A DNA stretch of 64,000 bases from a virus. Lineage: Duplodnaviria; Caudoviricetes. The stretch covers positions 4,420-68,419 of IMG/VR virus record IMGVR_UViG_3300005573_000089; one strand, written 5' to 3'. This document shows, in pieces, positions 8,037 through 17,239 of this stretch (position 1 is the first letter of the stretch; each line of letters opens with the position of its first letter). The position numbers and the translations under genes were made by a program. A model generated the notes under the pieces. That model searched no databases and had not been told where the DNA came from. It saw only the letters and a program-made list of their open reading frames with translations.

Positions 8037-9935
8037 ATGAATGAAGAAAGTAAATTCAGATCACTGGTCAAAATCTATGATCAGGACTTTGGTAATTTCC
8101 TTGATAAGATCAATTTCGATCTAATTAAAATAGAAGGTATTCAGGATATTGATCCATTCTCTCTAAGAAAGAAATACTGGTCTAAACCTATAGATGAATT
8201 TACTATTAGTCCAAATGCAAATCTAGGCAATGTAGGAGACAATAAGAGTTTTGTTAATCAAATAGCAGAAGTAAATAATCCAATAGAGAAATTATCTTGT
8301 TATCATCTGTACAGGAAATATGCAAATAGAAGAGGATTTAATGGAGATAAAGATATAGAAGATGTACTTAAAGGAAGATTATACATTCATAATTCAACAT
8401 TATTCTCATTGCCTTATTGTGTTGGTGTATCTACTACTCCTATATTAACAGGTAAAATGCAATATTCAGATCTACCTACTCTACCACCTAAAAGACCTAC
8501 TAGTTTTACTAATCTATGTATTAGAATGATCCAGAAAGCAGCTAATCTATTTGCAGGTGCTACTGCATTAACAGATTTCTTTGTCAATTATTCTTATTTT
8601 ACAATTCAAGATAGATCGTACTCAGATAAGAATAGAGAAAATGATTTTCAATTATTAATACATGGAGTATCAGATGAAGAGAGAATATCTGGACAATCTC
8701 CTTTTACAAATGTATCAATACTATGTCCAAATACAATTAGAGGAATGTTCAATGGATATGAATGGGATGGATTTACAGTAGAAGATCTAGTTGAGGAGAT
8801 TATAAAAAATCAGTTAATATACTTACGATTAATGTCTAAAGGACAAATAGGATTAGATGGTAACAGACTAAATATACCTTACAGATTTCCAATTACTACA
8901 TTTGTAGTTGATCCATCTATGGAAAAGGAATATCCAGATGCATACAAAGAGATCTTATTTTTGAATAAGGATCTTTGTTTTCTTAATTTTATGAGAAATA
9001 TGGATCAAGATCTCAAAGTACTGAATATGTGCTGTAGATTAAATCTTAGATTGGAAGATATGCTAAAGATCCAAATAAACAATACATTTGGTAGTTATCT
9101 TACTTTAGGATCTCATGCAGTAATTACGATCAATTTACCAAGGATAGCCTTAGAGTCTAATGGAGATTGGAATGAATTCTATAGGATCTTAGAAGAAAGA
9201 GCTAATGAAGTTAGAGAACTACTATTAGTACATAGAAAGGATATTCTCAATGATAGGAGATTAAAATATCATGATTTCTTTAAGACAAAGATCTTAGATC
9301 TAAAAAAGAATTTCTTCTCTACAATTGGATTTACTGGTGTACCAGATGCTGTAGATTATATGGGATCTTCTATCTTAGATAATGATGGATTAAAGAATAT
9401 TCTAAATGCTATTACATTGCTCAAAGATCTATCAATTAAGTTCTCTCAAGATGATCAATGTATGTACAATATTGAAGAAGTACCAGCAGAATCAGCATCT
9501 GGATCATTAGCTAGGAAAGATAAGATCTTCTATCCAGATAAAGCAACTAAGAGTTTCTATTCCAGTCAATTTGTTCCTTTAAATATTGATGTACCATTAA
9601 CAGAAAGAATAAGGATAGAGGGAATATTACAGAATGTTACTACAGGTGGATCTATATCTCATTTAAATATTCTTGGATGGTTAGATGAGATCAATGGATT
9701 TAAATTACAGAATAGACTAATTAAAAATACAAATCTGGTACAATATGCTTTGAATAGAGGATTTACATTGTGTAATAATGGACATAATATGATTGGAATA
9801 TTTGATGAATGTCCTATCTGTCATAGCAATGATCTAGATTATCTAACTAGGATTGTAGGATATTTTGTACCAGTAAGTAAATGGTCTAAGGTAAAGAAAC
9901 TAGAATTCAAAACTAGGATATGGTTCAATGAGTAG
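8037..9935 (+). CDS. nrdD: anaerobic (class III) ribonucleoside-triphosphate reductase, no ATP cone
   Basis: LYIHN, SGQSPFTN, MCCRL, YNIEEVPAES, C..H...CPIC, glycyl-radical motif TRIVGY. Confidence 0.92.
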   Translation: MNEESKFRSLVKIYDQDFGNFLDKINFDLIKIEGIQDIDPFSLRKKYWSKPIDEFTISPNANLGNVGDNKSFVNQIAEVNNPIEKLSCYHLYRKYANRRGFNGDKDIEDVLKGRLYIHNSTLFSLPYCVGVSTTPILTGKMQYSDLPTLPPKRPTSFTNLCIRMIQKAANLFAGATALTDFFVNYSYFTIQDRSYSDKNRENDFQLLIHGVSDEERISGQSPFTNVSILCPNTIRGMFNGYEWDGFTVEDLVEEIIKNQLIYLRLMSKGQIGLDGNRLNIPYRFPITTFVVDPSMEKEYPDAYKEILFLNKDLCFLNFMRNMDQDLKVLNMCCRLNLRLEDMLKIQINNTFGSYLTLGSHAVITINLPRIALESNGDWNEFYRILEERANEVRELLLVHRKDILNDRRLKYHDFFKTKILDLKKNFFSTIGFTGVPDAVDYMGSSILDNDGLKNILNAITLLKDLSIKFSQDDQCMYNIEEVPAESASGSLARKDKIFYPDKATKSFYSSQFVPLNIDVPLTERIRIEGILQNVTTGGSISHLNILGWLDEINGFKLQNRLIKNTNLVQYALNRGFTLCNNGHNMIGIFDECPICHSNDLDYLTRIVGYFVPVSKWSKVKKLEFKTRIWFNE

Positions 9936-10107
9936 AATAGAAAGTAAAGATCTATCTGTTTCTTATTCTAAAATTTCTAAGTTTATTGAAGAACATATAC
10001 CAAAGGAATGTTATGGTAATTATAGAAATCTAAGGAAATGTTCTGGTTGTAATTGGTTTAGAGATTGTAAAATAGAAACATCTAGGAATAAAAGAAGAAC
10101 CAGGTGA
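9928..10107 (+). CDS. small 4-Cys protein (59 aa; not in ORF track)
   Basis: read manually: MSRIESK...CYGNYRNLRKCSGCNWFRDCK; fills the nrdD-polB gap. Confidence 0.6.
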   Translation: MSRIESKDLSVSYSKISKFIEEHIPKECYGNYRNLRKCSGCNWFRDCKIETSRNKRRTR

Positions 10108-10114
10108 TCTTATT

Positions 10115-12823
10115 TTGGAATCATATGAATCGTATGATTCTTTATTACCAGATATAGAATTAGAAACAGAGAATATTCCTTATAAACTTCCAATTAAACC
10201 TATTGAACTTAGTTTATGCAATACTGAGTACATTGTAGAGAATGATAGACCTGTTATTCTTTTGTTTACAAGAGATAAAGATCTAAATGATTACATCATA
10301 CCAGTCTATGGATTCAAACCATACTTCTATATTTCTAAGAATGATCTTAGTGTATATGAATCATTAGGATATCTTAAAGATCTTGAATATTCCTTTACAG
10401 ATTTTTATGGTTACAATTCTTCAGATAAATTAGTAAAGATCTGTACAAAGATTCCAAGCGAAGTAGAGATCTATAGAAATGTAACTAATCCAGCAACTAA
10501 GAGAAAGATCAAGACATGGGAAGCAGATATATTATTTCCTTTAAGATTTCTGATAGATAATAATATTAGAACTGGATTATATTATGTACCAATTCCTAAA
10601 AACGATTTAGGTGATAAATCGATCGATTATTCTAAGTACATTATTCCAAGAGATGTTCCTTCAATTTATAGAAAATTATACATTGATATTGAGACATATT
10701 CCTATAAAATTCCAGATACAAAAGAGTTTAATGATCCAATAATAGTCATAGGTACATTTGATTCATTTTCTAAGAGATTTGTAATCTTTACTACTAAAGG
10801 TACAGATGAAGATCTTTCTAATTACTTAACTAAAAAATCTGAAGTACAATTGATTATTTGTAAAAATGAGAAAATATTATTGTCTAAGTTCAAAGAATAT
10901 ATCAAGACAATTAATCCAGATCTGTTCTTATCTTTCTCTGACTTTGATTGGATCTATATATTCAATAGAATGAAGAAATTAAAAATCAGTATCAATGATA
11001 TTTCAAGAGTCAATGTATGTTCAGTTACTCCTCATAGAGTAAAGATCCATGGAATACAGTTCTTAGATCTACAGACACTTTACTATGAGAAATTCCTTAG
11101 AGGATCTAAATGGGAAACATTACATGAAATAGCACATAGAGAACTTAATATGGAAAAATTATACAGAGAAGAGTCTGTTTATGATAACTGGAATAATGAT
11201 CATGTTAGAGTATTAGCTAGGAATATTAGGGATGTAGAGATCATTTATAGATTAGATTCAGAGAAAGATCTAATAACTCATTTTGAATCAATTAGAAGAA
11301 CAGTAGGATGTAATCTATCAGATACTTTATACAAAACTAGAATTGCAGATATAGCTTATCTTAGAATGTGTCATAATAAAATAGCATTACCAACAAGAAC
11401 ATTTATGAAAAAAGTAGAATATGAAGGTGCAGTAGTATATCCAGTTGTACCAGGAATCTATAAAAATATTGCAGTATTTGATTGGAGTTCTATGTATCCT
11501 AATATTATAATTGCATTTAACATTTCATTTGAAACACAAACAATTAGAGACTTTGGTGATCTTACTTACAATATTGATGACAAATATTTCTTCTTTAAAG
11601 AACCAGAAGGAATGACACCTAAATTACTCAAAGAACTAATGCCTTTAAGAGATCCATTTAAAAAATTACTTAAAGATCCAAATATTACTTCTCAAGAGAA
11701 GAGTTACTATAAAGCAGTATCTGATGGAATAAAAAGTGTAATTAATTCAATATATGGTGTATTTGGCAATGCAGGTGATCAAGATACTATTAAATCATTT
11801 AGATTGTATAGTCCTAACATTGCATCTGCTATTACTTATATTGGTAGACAATTAGAATTAGAAGGTATAATTCCTATATGTCAAGAACTTGGATTAGAAG
11901 TAATATACTTTGACACTGATAGTGTTTTTGTTAAAATGAAATCATCTAATAAAGAAGATTGTATTGCCTTAGAGAAGATATTAAACAATAAGATTAAAGA
12001 TTTTATTCAGAAGAGATGGAATGTAGATCCTAAACCACTTAATATTTCATTTGATAAGATGTTTGATACATTGATTATGCTTTCTAAGAAAAGATATGCT
12101 GGTAAAGAGATAGATGGAAATATTGATGTAAAAGGATTAGAGATCGTAAGGAGAAATGCATCTGAAGTATCATCTGAAATACAAGAGAAATTCTCTAATG
12201 CAATATTTGATAATAAGTCTAGGGAAGAAATGATTCAAATGATCAGAGACTTTGTAAGATCGTTTAAAGATAGACCAATAGAACAAATAGGTATTCCACA
12301 GAACTTAACTAAAGATCTAGATAATTACAAAGTTCAATCATCTCATCTTAAAGCATTTAATTTTTCTAGAGATGTTATAGGATTACACTTAGTACAAGGA
12401 AAGAGATTTTGGACTATTTATGTAAAGGATATTCCAGATCATTTAAAGACAATTGCTCAAGAGAAAGGATACAAAGATCCTAAGATGATTGCATGGGATA
12501 GAGATAATCAATTACCAGATACTTTGTTAAATTACATTGATTATGATCTAATGTTAGAAAAGACTGTTAGAGATAAAGTAGATGACTTTATGAAACTTAC
12601 AAATATTGATTGGTACACTGACATTTTACAGATCAAAGATCCTGTACTAGAAAAATCATATCAAATGTGGTTAAAGAGATTAAAGAAACATAAAATTGAT
12701 TTGATATTGCCTCAAGATGTATTTGATAAACTTTATAAAAATAAATTTAGATGTGATCAATCTCTTTGTCCATGTAATAATTTTATTAAATCGAAACTAT
12801 GTAAATATAGTGAATTGAAATGA
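10115..12823 (+). CDS. polB: family B DNA polymerase with 3'-5' exonuclease
   Basis: YIDIET, FDW, FDWSSMYPNII, K..INSIYG, YFDTDS, KKRY, KGLE. Confidence 0.95.
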   Translation: MESYESYDSLLPDIELETENIPYKLPIKPIELSLCNTEYIVENDRPVILLFTRDKDLNDYIIPVYGFKPYFYISKNDLSVYESLGYLKDLEYSFTDFYGYNSSDKLVKICTKIPSEVEIYRNVTNPATKRKIKTWEADILFPLRFLIDNNIRTGLYYVPIPKNDLGDKSIDYSKYIIPRDVPSIYRKLYIDIETYSYKIPDTKEFNDPIIVIGTFDSFSKRFVIFTTKGTDEDLSNYLTKKSEVQLIICKNEKILLSKFKEYIKTINPDLFLSFSDFDWIYIFNRMKKLKISINDISRVNVCSVTPHRVKIHGIQFLDLQTLYYEKFLRGSKWETLHEIAHRELNMEKLYREESVYDNWNNDHVRVLARNIRDVEIIYRLDSEKDLITHFESIRRTVGCNLSDTLYKTRIADIAYLRMCHNKIALPTRTFMKKVEYEGAVVYPVVPGIYKNIAVFDWSSMYPNIIIAFNISFETQTIRDFGDLTYNIDDKYFFFKEPEGMTPKLLKELMPLRDPFKKLLKDPNITSQEKSYYKAVSDGIKSVINSIYGVFGNAGDQDTIKSFRLYSPNIASAITYIGRQLELEGIIPICQELGLEVIYFDTDSVFVKMKSSNKEDCIALEKILNNKIKDFIQKRWNVDPKPLNISFDKMFDTLIMLSKKRYAGKEIDGNIDVKGLEIVRRNASEVSSEIQEKFSNAIFDNKSREEMIQMIRDFVRSFKDRPIEQIGIPQNLTKDLDNYKVQSSHLKAFNFSRDVIGLHLVQGKRFWTIYVKDIPDHLKTIAQEKGYKDPKMIAWDRDNQLPDTLLNYIDYDLMLEKTVRDKVDDFMKLTNIDWYTDILQIKDPVLEKSYQMWLKRLKKHKIDLILPQDVFDKLYKNKFRCDQSLCPCNNFIKSKLCKYSELK
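10601..10623. repeat. 23-bp palindrome copy inside polB (core GGTGA)
   Basis: aacgattta ggtga taaatcgat, encodes NDLGDKSI. Confidence 0.9.
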
Positions 12824-13131
12824 AAGTTAGAAAGAAGAAGAGAATTATATATTCAGAATCAGAACATAGGAAGGAATGTTTAAGTAAATTAGCTAAAGTG
12901 ATCGATTCAGATAACTTAGAAGGATTTCTTGTCTATGTAAGTGATAAGAACAAAATAAGATTTGCATTGACTGATAATAGCCTAGTAAAAGACATATGTG
13001 GTGGTATTGATTGTATCTTTGAAATGATCAAATTTATCAAAGATCCAGAACATAGGGAATTTATCTATAATTATTTTAAAGATAGATTGCTTGAAGAGAA
13101 TAATGCAAAAGATAACAGTCTAGTAGTTTGA
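12820..13131 (+). CDS. hypothetical protein
   Basis: ATGA overlap with the polB stop. Confidence 0.65.
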   Translation: MKVRKKKRIIYSESEHRKECLSKLAKVIDSDNLEGFLVYVSDKNKIRFALTDNSLVKDICGGIDCIFEMIKFIKDPEHREFIYNYFKDRLLEENNAKDNSLVV

Positions 13132-13134
13132 AAG

Positions 13135-13191
13135 ATCGATTTAGGTGATAAACTGATTTATGCGATAGATCGATTTAGGTGATAAATAGAT
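13135..13191. repeat. palindrome doublet (13135-13157, 13169-13191)
   Basis: two GGTGA-core copies 34 bp apart at a convergent junction. Confidence 0.92.
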
Positions 13192-13205
13192 CTTTATTCA
13201 AAGTT

Positions 13206-13742
13206 CTATAGATGTGTTGCTATGATAACAGATACATCTCCAGTCCAATTGTCATAATAAATTATCTTATAATTGTTCTCTAGCAATTTATTTTTAAAAT
13301 CATTCTCAATCTTTCTTGTATGTGTCTCTACAACGTATGATTCTGGAATAGAGAATATTTCATTTGATAGATCTAAAAATACAATCTCACATCCTTCACA
13401 ATCAATCTTTACTATATCAGGTCTATATTCTTCTAAAAGATCAGATATTTGTTTACTGTTATCTACATACAGAAATATTGGAAACAGTTCTGGAATATAC
13501 TCTGCATTTTTCTTTAATTGATCAAATATACTTTTATTACCTTCTACTCCTATTACCTTACTAGCTCCTTTACAGAAAAAGAAATCTGCAGTAGATCCAT
13601 AATCAGCACCTATATCCAATACAACTTTATCTTTGTAATCTATCTTTCCATAAAATCTCTCATAATCTTCTGGATAAGAAAATACAATTCTCTTGATCAT
13701 ATGCCTTATTACACTCTTTATAAAATTAAATATTATGATCAT
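13206..13742 (-). CDS. FkbM-like class I SAM-dependent methyltransferase
   Basis: VLDIGADYG, VIGVE, VKIDCEGCE. Confidence 0.8.
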   Translation of the reverse strand: MIIIFNFIKSVIRHMIKRIVFSYPEDYERFYGKIDYKDKVVLDIGADYGSTADFFFCKGASKVIGVEGNKSIFDQLKKNAEYIPELFPIFLYVDNSKQISDLLEEYRPDIVKIDCEGCEIVFLDLSNEIFSIPESYVVETHTRKIENDFKNKLLENNYKIIYYDNWTGDVSVIIATHL

Positions 13743-13745
13743 ATT

Positions 13746-13883
13746 ATGAAAGAGAAAGTAGATAAATTTCCTAAAGGAGATGCTTGTCCTAATTGTGGAT
13801 CTAAGTTAACAATACATTTCAATTTACCTAATTATAAATCAGCATCATGTAGTAAATGTGGATGGTATGGATGGAGTGAATAG
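13746..13883 (+). CDS. small Zn-ribbon protein (45 aa)
   Basis: CPNCG...CSKCGW; true start is probably the ATG at 13746 within ORF-track 13518..13883. Confidence 0.6.
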   Translation: MKEKVDKFPKGDACPNCGSKLTIHFNLPNYKSASCSKCGWYGWSE

Positions 13884-13921
13884 ACACTAAAAATAAATTC
13901 AACATATTTGTTTAGTTTCTA

Positions 13922-14380
13922 ATGATATATATGAGTCTTGACATAAGTATTTATTTAGGAATTGCTTCACTATCTGTTTCATTTATTACATTACTTACAA
14001 CTCAATGGAGATATTCTTTAATAAACTCTAAAGAATTAGAAAAGAGATTATCAACTGTAGAATCTCATACAATGACACCAGAAGAAAGAAAGTGTCTTAA
14101 TGATATTAAAATTAAAACAGATCTTCTCTGGAGTATTATAGAAGACGAATTACCTAAGATTTTAAAAAGAGATGATACACCTTTATTTGATTTTTATTTA
14201 GATAAGTTAATGACTAAAAAAGATTTCAATAATAAAGAACTTAAAGAATTTCTTGATCTAACTGATAATGAAATCAAGACTGCTATTGAGTCAAAAGACA
14301 GAGTAAGATTTACTACTTTATCTTTATTAAAAGCTAGGATTATGTACTCATTAATAGAGAAAGGAGAAGTTTGTAAATGA
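13922..14380 (+). CDS. N-terminally membrane-anchored hypothetical protein
   Basis: hydrophobic ISIYLGIASLSVSFITLLTT followed by a charged helical region. Confidence 0.6.
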   Translation: MIYMSLDISIYLGIASLSVSFITLLTTQWRYSLINSKELEKRLSTVESHTMTPEERKCLNDIKIKTDLLWSIIEDELPKILKRDDTPLFDFYLDKLMTKKDFNNKELKEFLDLTDNEIKTAIESKDRVRFTTLSLLKARIMYSLIEKGEVCK

Positions 14381-15363
14381 CTGAAAAAGAGATCATTCAA
14401 GTTATTAAGGAATTTAGAAAGAAAAAGAATGTTCTAGGTGGATCATCAGTACTTCAACCTAAGATCAAGAATGGTAAGATAATAGAAGGATCTAAAGTTA
14501 TCAGAATATACGTTTCTAGAAAAGAAATGAAATGTATGTTATCTAGTAAGGACATTGTACCTTCTACTGTTAAGATTAATAATAGGGAATATGAAACAGA
14601 TATTGTTGAAATAGGTGATATTAGAGCATTAGAAGGTAATTATCCAGATCCAAAATTAAAGTATAGACCATTAGTACCTGGAATTTCTACAATGAATGCA
14701 AATAGTAATGGTGCTTGTTCTTTAGGATTCTTTGCTAGAGATCTGACAAGTGATCAGATAGTTCAATTATCCAATAATCACTGTTTTGGACTTGAAAACA
14801 AGGCACATTATGGAGATCCAGTTATACAACCATCTATTTTAGATGGTGGAAATAAAAACACAGATTATACTGGAAAATTTATTAGATCTGTAGAGCTTAA
14901 ATTTACTAGTTTTACATGTCCATATAGAAATTCACTTCATTCAATATATAGAAGTTTATTTGGTGTAGATACAAATAAAGTAGATGTATCTTGTGCTTCT
15001 ATTACAATACCAGAAGGATATTCATTAAAGACATTAAATGGAATAGAGATTACAGGATGTAAAGATCCAGATATAGTTGCTAGACCATGGTCATATGGGA
15101 GAAGTTCTGGATATTCTTATGATGGAATTTATACCGATCTAAATGGAGTAGTACAAGTTCAGTATTCTAGAGGATATTGTATGTTTGAAGATGTAATTAT
15201 AGGATTACAGAATGACACATTCAAATGTATACCAGGAGATTCTGGTAGTCCATTATTTGAAGATGATAAAATAGTAGGACTTAGATTTGCTGGATCAAAT
15301 GTTTCTTGGATAGCATGTAAATGGAAGAATATTGAAGAACTATTACAAGTATCATTCCCATAA
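14377..15363 (+). CDS. trypsin-like (S1/PA clan) serine protease, Nal1-like N-terminus
   Basis: LSNNHC (His), VDVS (Asp), PGDSGSP (Ser); N-terminal IRIYVSRK..IVP..TDIVEIG. Confidence 0.85.
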   Translation: MTEKEIIQVIKEFRKKKNVLGGSSVLQPKIKNGKIIEGSKVIRIYVSRKEMKCMLSSKDIVPSTVKINNREYETDIVEIGDIRALEGNYPDPKLKYRPLVPGISTMNANSNGACSLGFFARDLTSDQIVQLSNNHCFGLENKAHYGDPVIQPSILDGGNKNTDYTGKFIRSVELKFTSFTCPYRNSLHSIYRSLFGVDTNKVDVSCASITIPEGYSLKTLNGIEITGCKDPDIVARPWSYGRSSGYSYDGIYTDLNGVVQVQYSRGYCMFEDVIIGLQNDTFKCIPGDSGSPLFEDDKIVGLRFAGSNVSWIACKWKNIEELLQVSFP

Positions 15364-15379
15364 TTGATTAATGCGATAG

Positions 15380-15402
15380 ATCGATTTATCCCCTAAATCG
15401 AT
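15380..15402. repeat. 23-bp palindrome copy (core TCCCC) preceded by TAATGCGATAG
   Basis: 16 nt after the protease stop. Confidence 0.95.
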
Positions 15403-15469
15403 TTTCTTAACATTTATTTTCTAGGAAATGTTTTTAAGGATAAAGTATGATTAAAGGTGTTGAATTAAT

Positions 15470-15679
15470 ATGAGTGAAGATGAAACAATTGTAGAAGAGG
15501 AATATAATCCATTAACTAGAGCTTTATCAACAACAGAAGGTGCATTAATTGCTTTATTGTCTTTTTGGATGATCTTAGCAGTTCTAATATTCTTTGGTAG
15601 AATATCAGAAGAGACATTTGTACAGTTATTCCTAACATCTGGTATTGTATATCCTTTATTAAGGCGAATAACAGAATAA
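15470..15679 (+). CDS. small two-TM membrane protein (holin-like size and topology)
   Basis: two hydrophobic helices, 69 aa. Confidence 0.55.
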   Translation: MSEDETIVEEEYNPLTRALSTTEGALIALLSFWMILAVLIFFGRISEETFVQLFLTSGIVYPLLRRITE

Positions 15680-15693
15680 ATAATTGATCTGTT

Positions 15694-16986
15694 ATGTCAT
15701 TCTTAAAATCCATTAAAAGAGTAAAACCAGTACAAAAAGAAGAAAGAGAAATACATAAACTAGTTTCATCTGGAGTATCAGTACCAGTTACTTCTTTTAC
15801 AAATCTTAGAAGTACTTTATTAGCAGTTGAAAAGAGAAAAGGATCTACTGTACAGGCTAGTCAATTAGAGACTTTATTTAGAATTGATTCACTTACATTC
15901 AGAATTGTACAGAAATATATTGAGAAGATCTTAGGTGGATCTTATGTTATAAAAGGAGAAAATAAGATCATTCAGAATCTTTGTATAGATTTCTGTAAGG
16001 ATATTGATCTTCTTAATTTGTTATCTGGAATAATATTTGATATTTTTGTAACAGGTAATGGTACTGCATGGATAGAATTAGGATATACAGAAGATGGATC
16101 AGATATTAAGAAAATTACATTAATTAATCCTAAGTCTGGAATAGATCTAATTAGAGATGAACAAGGTAACATTCTATATGACAAAGATCTTAAACCTGTA
16201 GGCTATTGTATAAAAGCAATTGGTTATCCTAAGATAGAATGGAGAAAGGATAAGATCATTCAAGATGGAGAAGTAGTATGGAAGGCTAATAGTCCTAAAG
16301 ATGATGGTAGAGATCGAATAGCATATTTCAGATTTATCAATACAGGAGATGAATTAGGTATGTCTCCATTAGAACCATCATATAAAGCAGCATTGATCAG
16401 ATTAAACTTAGAAGATACTGTAGGTAATGTTGCCTTTAGATCATCTGGATTGATCGGTGTAGTAGGATCAGAAAATGAAGATCCAAGGAATATTACAGAT
16501 CAACAGTTAGATACTTTAAAGAATGAACTTGTTAATGCAGATCAATTCAGTGTATGGGCTGTTAGGAATAATGTAGATATCAAATCATTTCCTACACCTA
16601 ATATAACTAATTTTGAGAGATTAATGTACTACTTTGCAGATCTGCAATCATCTGGATCTGGAGTAGGAATATCTTTAATCTTACAACCATTAGAACGAGG
16701 ATATAGAGGAGATATAGAAATAGCTAGAGAAGAATTCTTTGACACTGTTAAACTATTCCAAGAAAGTCTATCTTATCAGATCAGAGAATATATTTTCAAG
16801 AGATTATTGAAATGCAAAGGATATGATCCTAATAAAGCTCCTATAATAATATTCAAAGGAAGAGAAGCTGGTATTGCTCTATCTACTGCTAGGAGATTAT
16901 CTGCATATGCTAGATACAATTTAATTAAACCTACTCCAGAATTAGAGAAATGGATTAGAATACAAGAAGGATTACCAGAAGAGTGA
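15694..16986 (+). CDS. portal protein (putative)
   Basis: 430 aa; GNGTAWIEL, GMSPLEPSY and helical wing/stem pattern typical of tailed-virus portals. Confidence 0.7.
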   Translation: MSFLKSIKRVKPVQKEEREIHKLVSSGVSVPVTSFTNLRSTLLAVEKRKGSTVQASQLETLFRIDSLTFRIVQKYIEKILGGSYVIKGENKIIQNLCIDFCKDIDLLNLLSGIIFDIFVTGNGTAWIELGYTEDGSDIKKITLINPKSGIDLIRDEQGNILYDKDLKPVGYCIKAIGYPKIEWRKDKIIQDGEVVWKANSPKDDGRDRIAYFRFINTGDELGMSPLEPSYKAALIRLNLEDTVGNVAFRSSGLIGVVGSENEDPRNITDQQLDTLKNELVNADQFSVWAVRNNVDIKSFPTPNITNFERLMYYFADLQSSGSGVGISLILQPLERGYRGDIEIAREEFFDTVKLFQESLSYQIREYIFKRLLKCKGYDPNKAPIIIFKGREAGIALSTARRLSAYARYNLIKPTPELEKWIRIQEGLPEE

Positions 16987-16990
16987 TCTG

Positions 16991-17239
16991 ATGATCAAAG
17001 AGGCTAATGTATCGGATCTTAGTTTTAAATCTAAGTACAATAATATTTCCAAAGAGATTATTGAGTACTTAAAGGATCATGATGCTTGTTATTTAGAGTT
17101 TGATCTTAACAGAGATGCAGATATCTATAAGAGATCTTTGAGTAGAATACTAATCGATTATGGGATCAAAGTAACCAAAAGAGATAAAAGAGTATATTGT
17201 TATAAGGTTGATAAGATTGAAAATACATCAAATAGATGA
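16991..17239 (+). CDS. hypothetical protein
   Basis: ORF with GTGA RBS-like context. Confidence 0.55.
   Translation: MIKEANVSDLSFKSKYNNISKEIIEYLKDHDACYLEFDLNRDADIYKRSLSRILIDYGIKVTKRDKRVYCYKVDKIENTSNR

Noticed and set aside
13206-13742. DNA adenine methyltransferase explaining the GATC bias
   Set aside because: No DPPY/NPPY motif; the motifs are FkbM-type.
13518-13745. N-terminal extension of ORF 13518..13883
   Set aside because: It overlaps the antisense methyltransferase; only the Zn-ribbon part from 13746 looks real.
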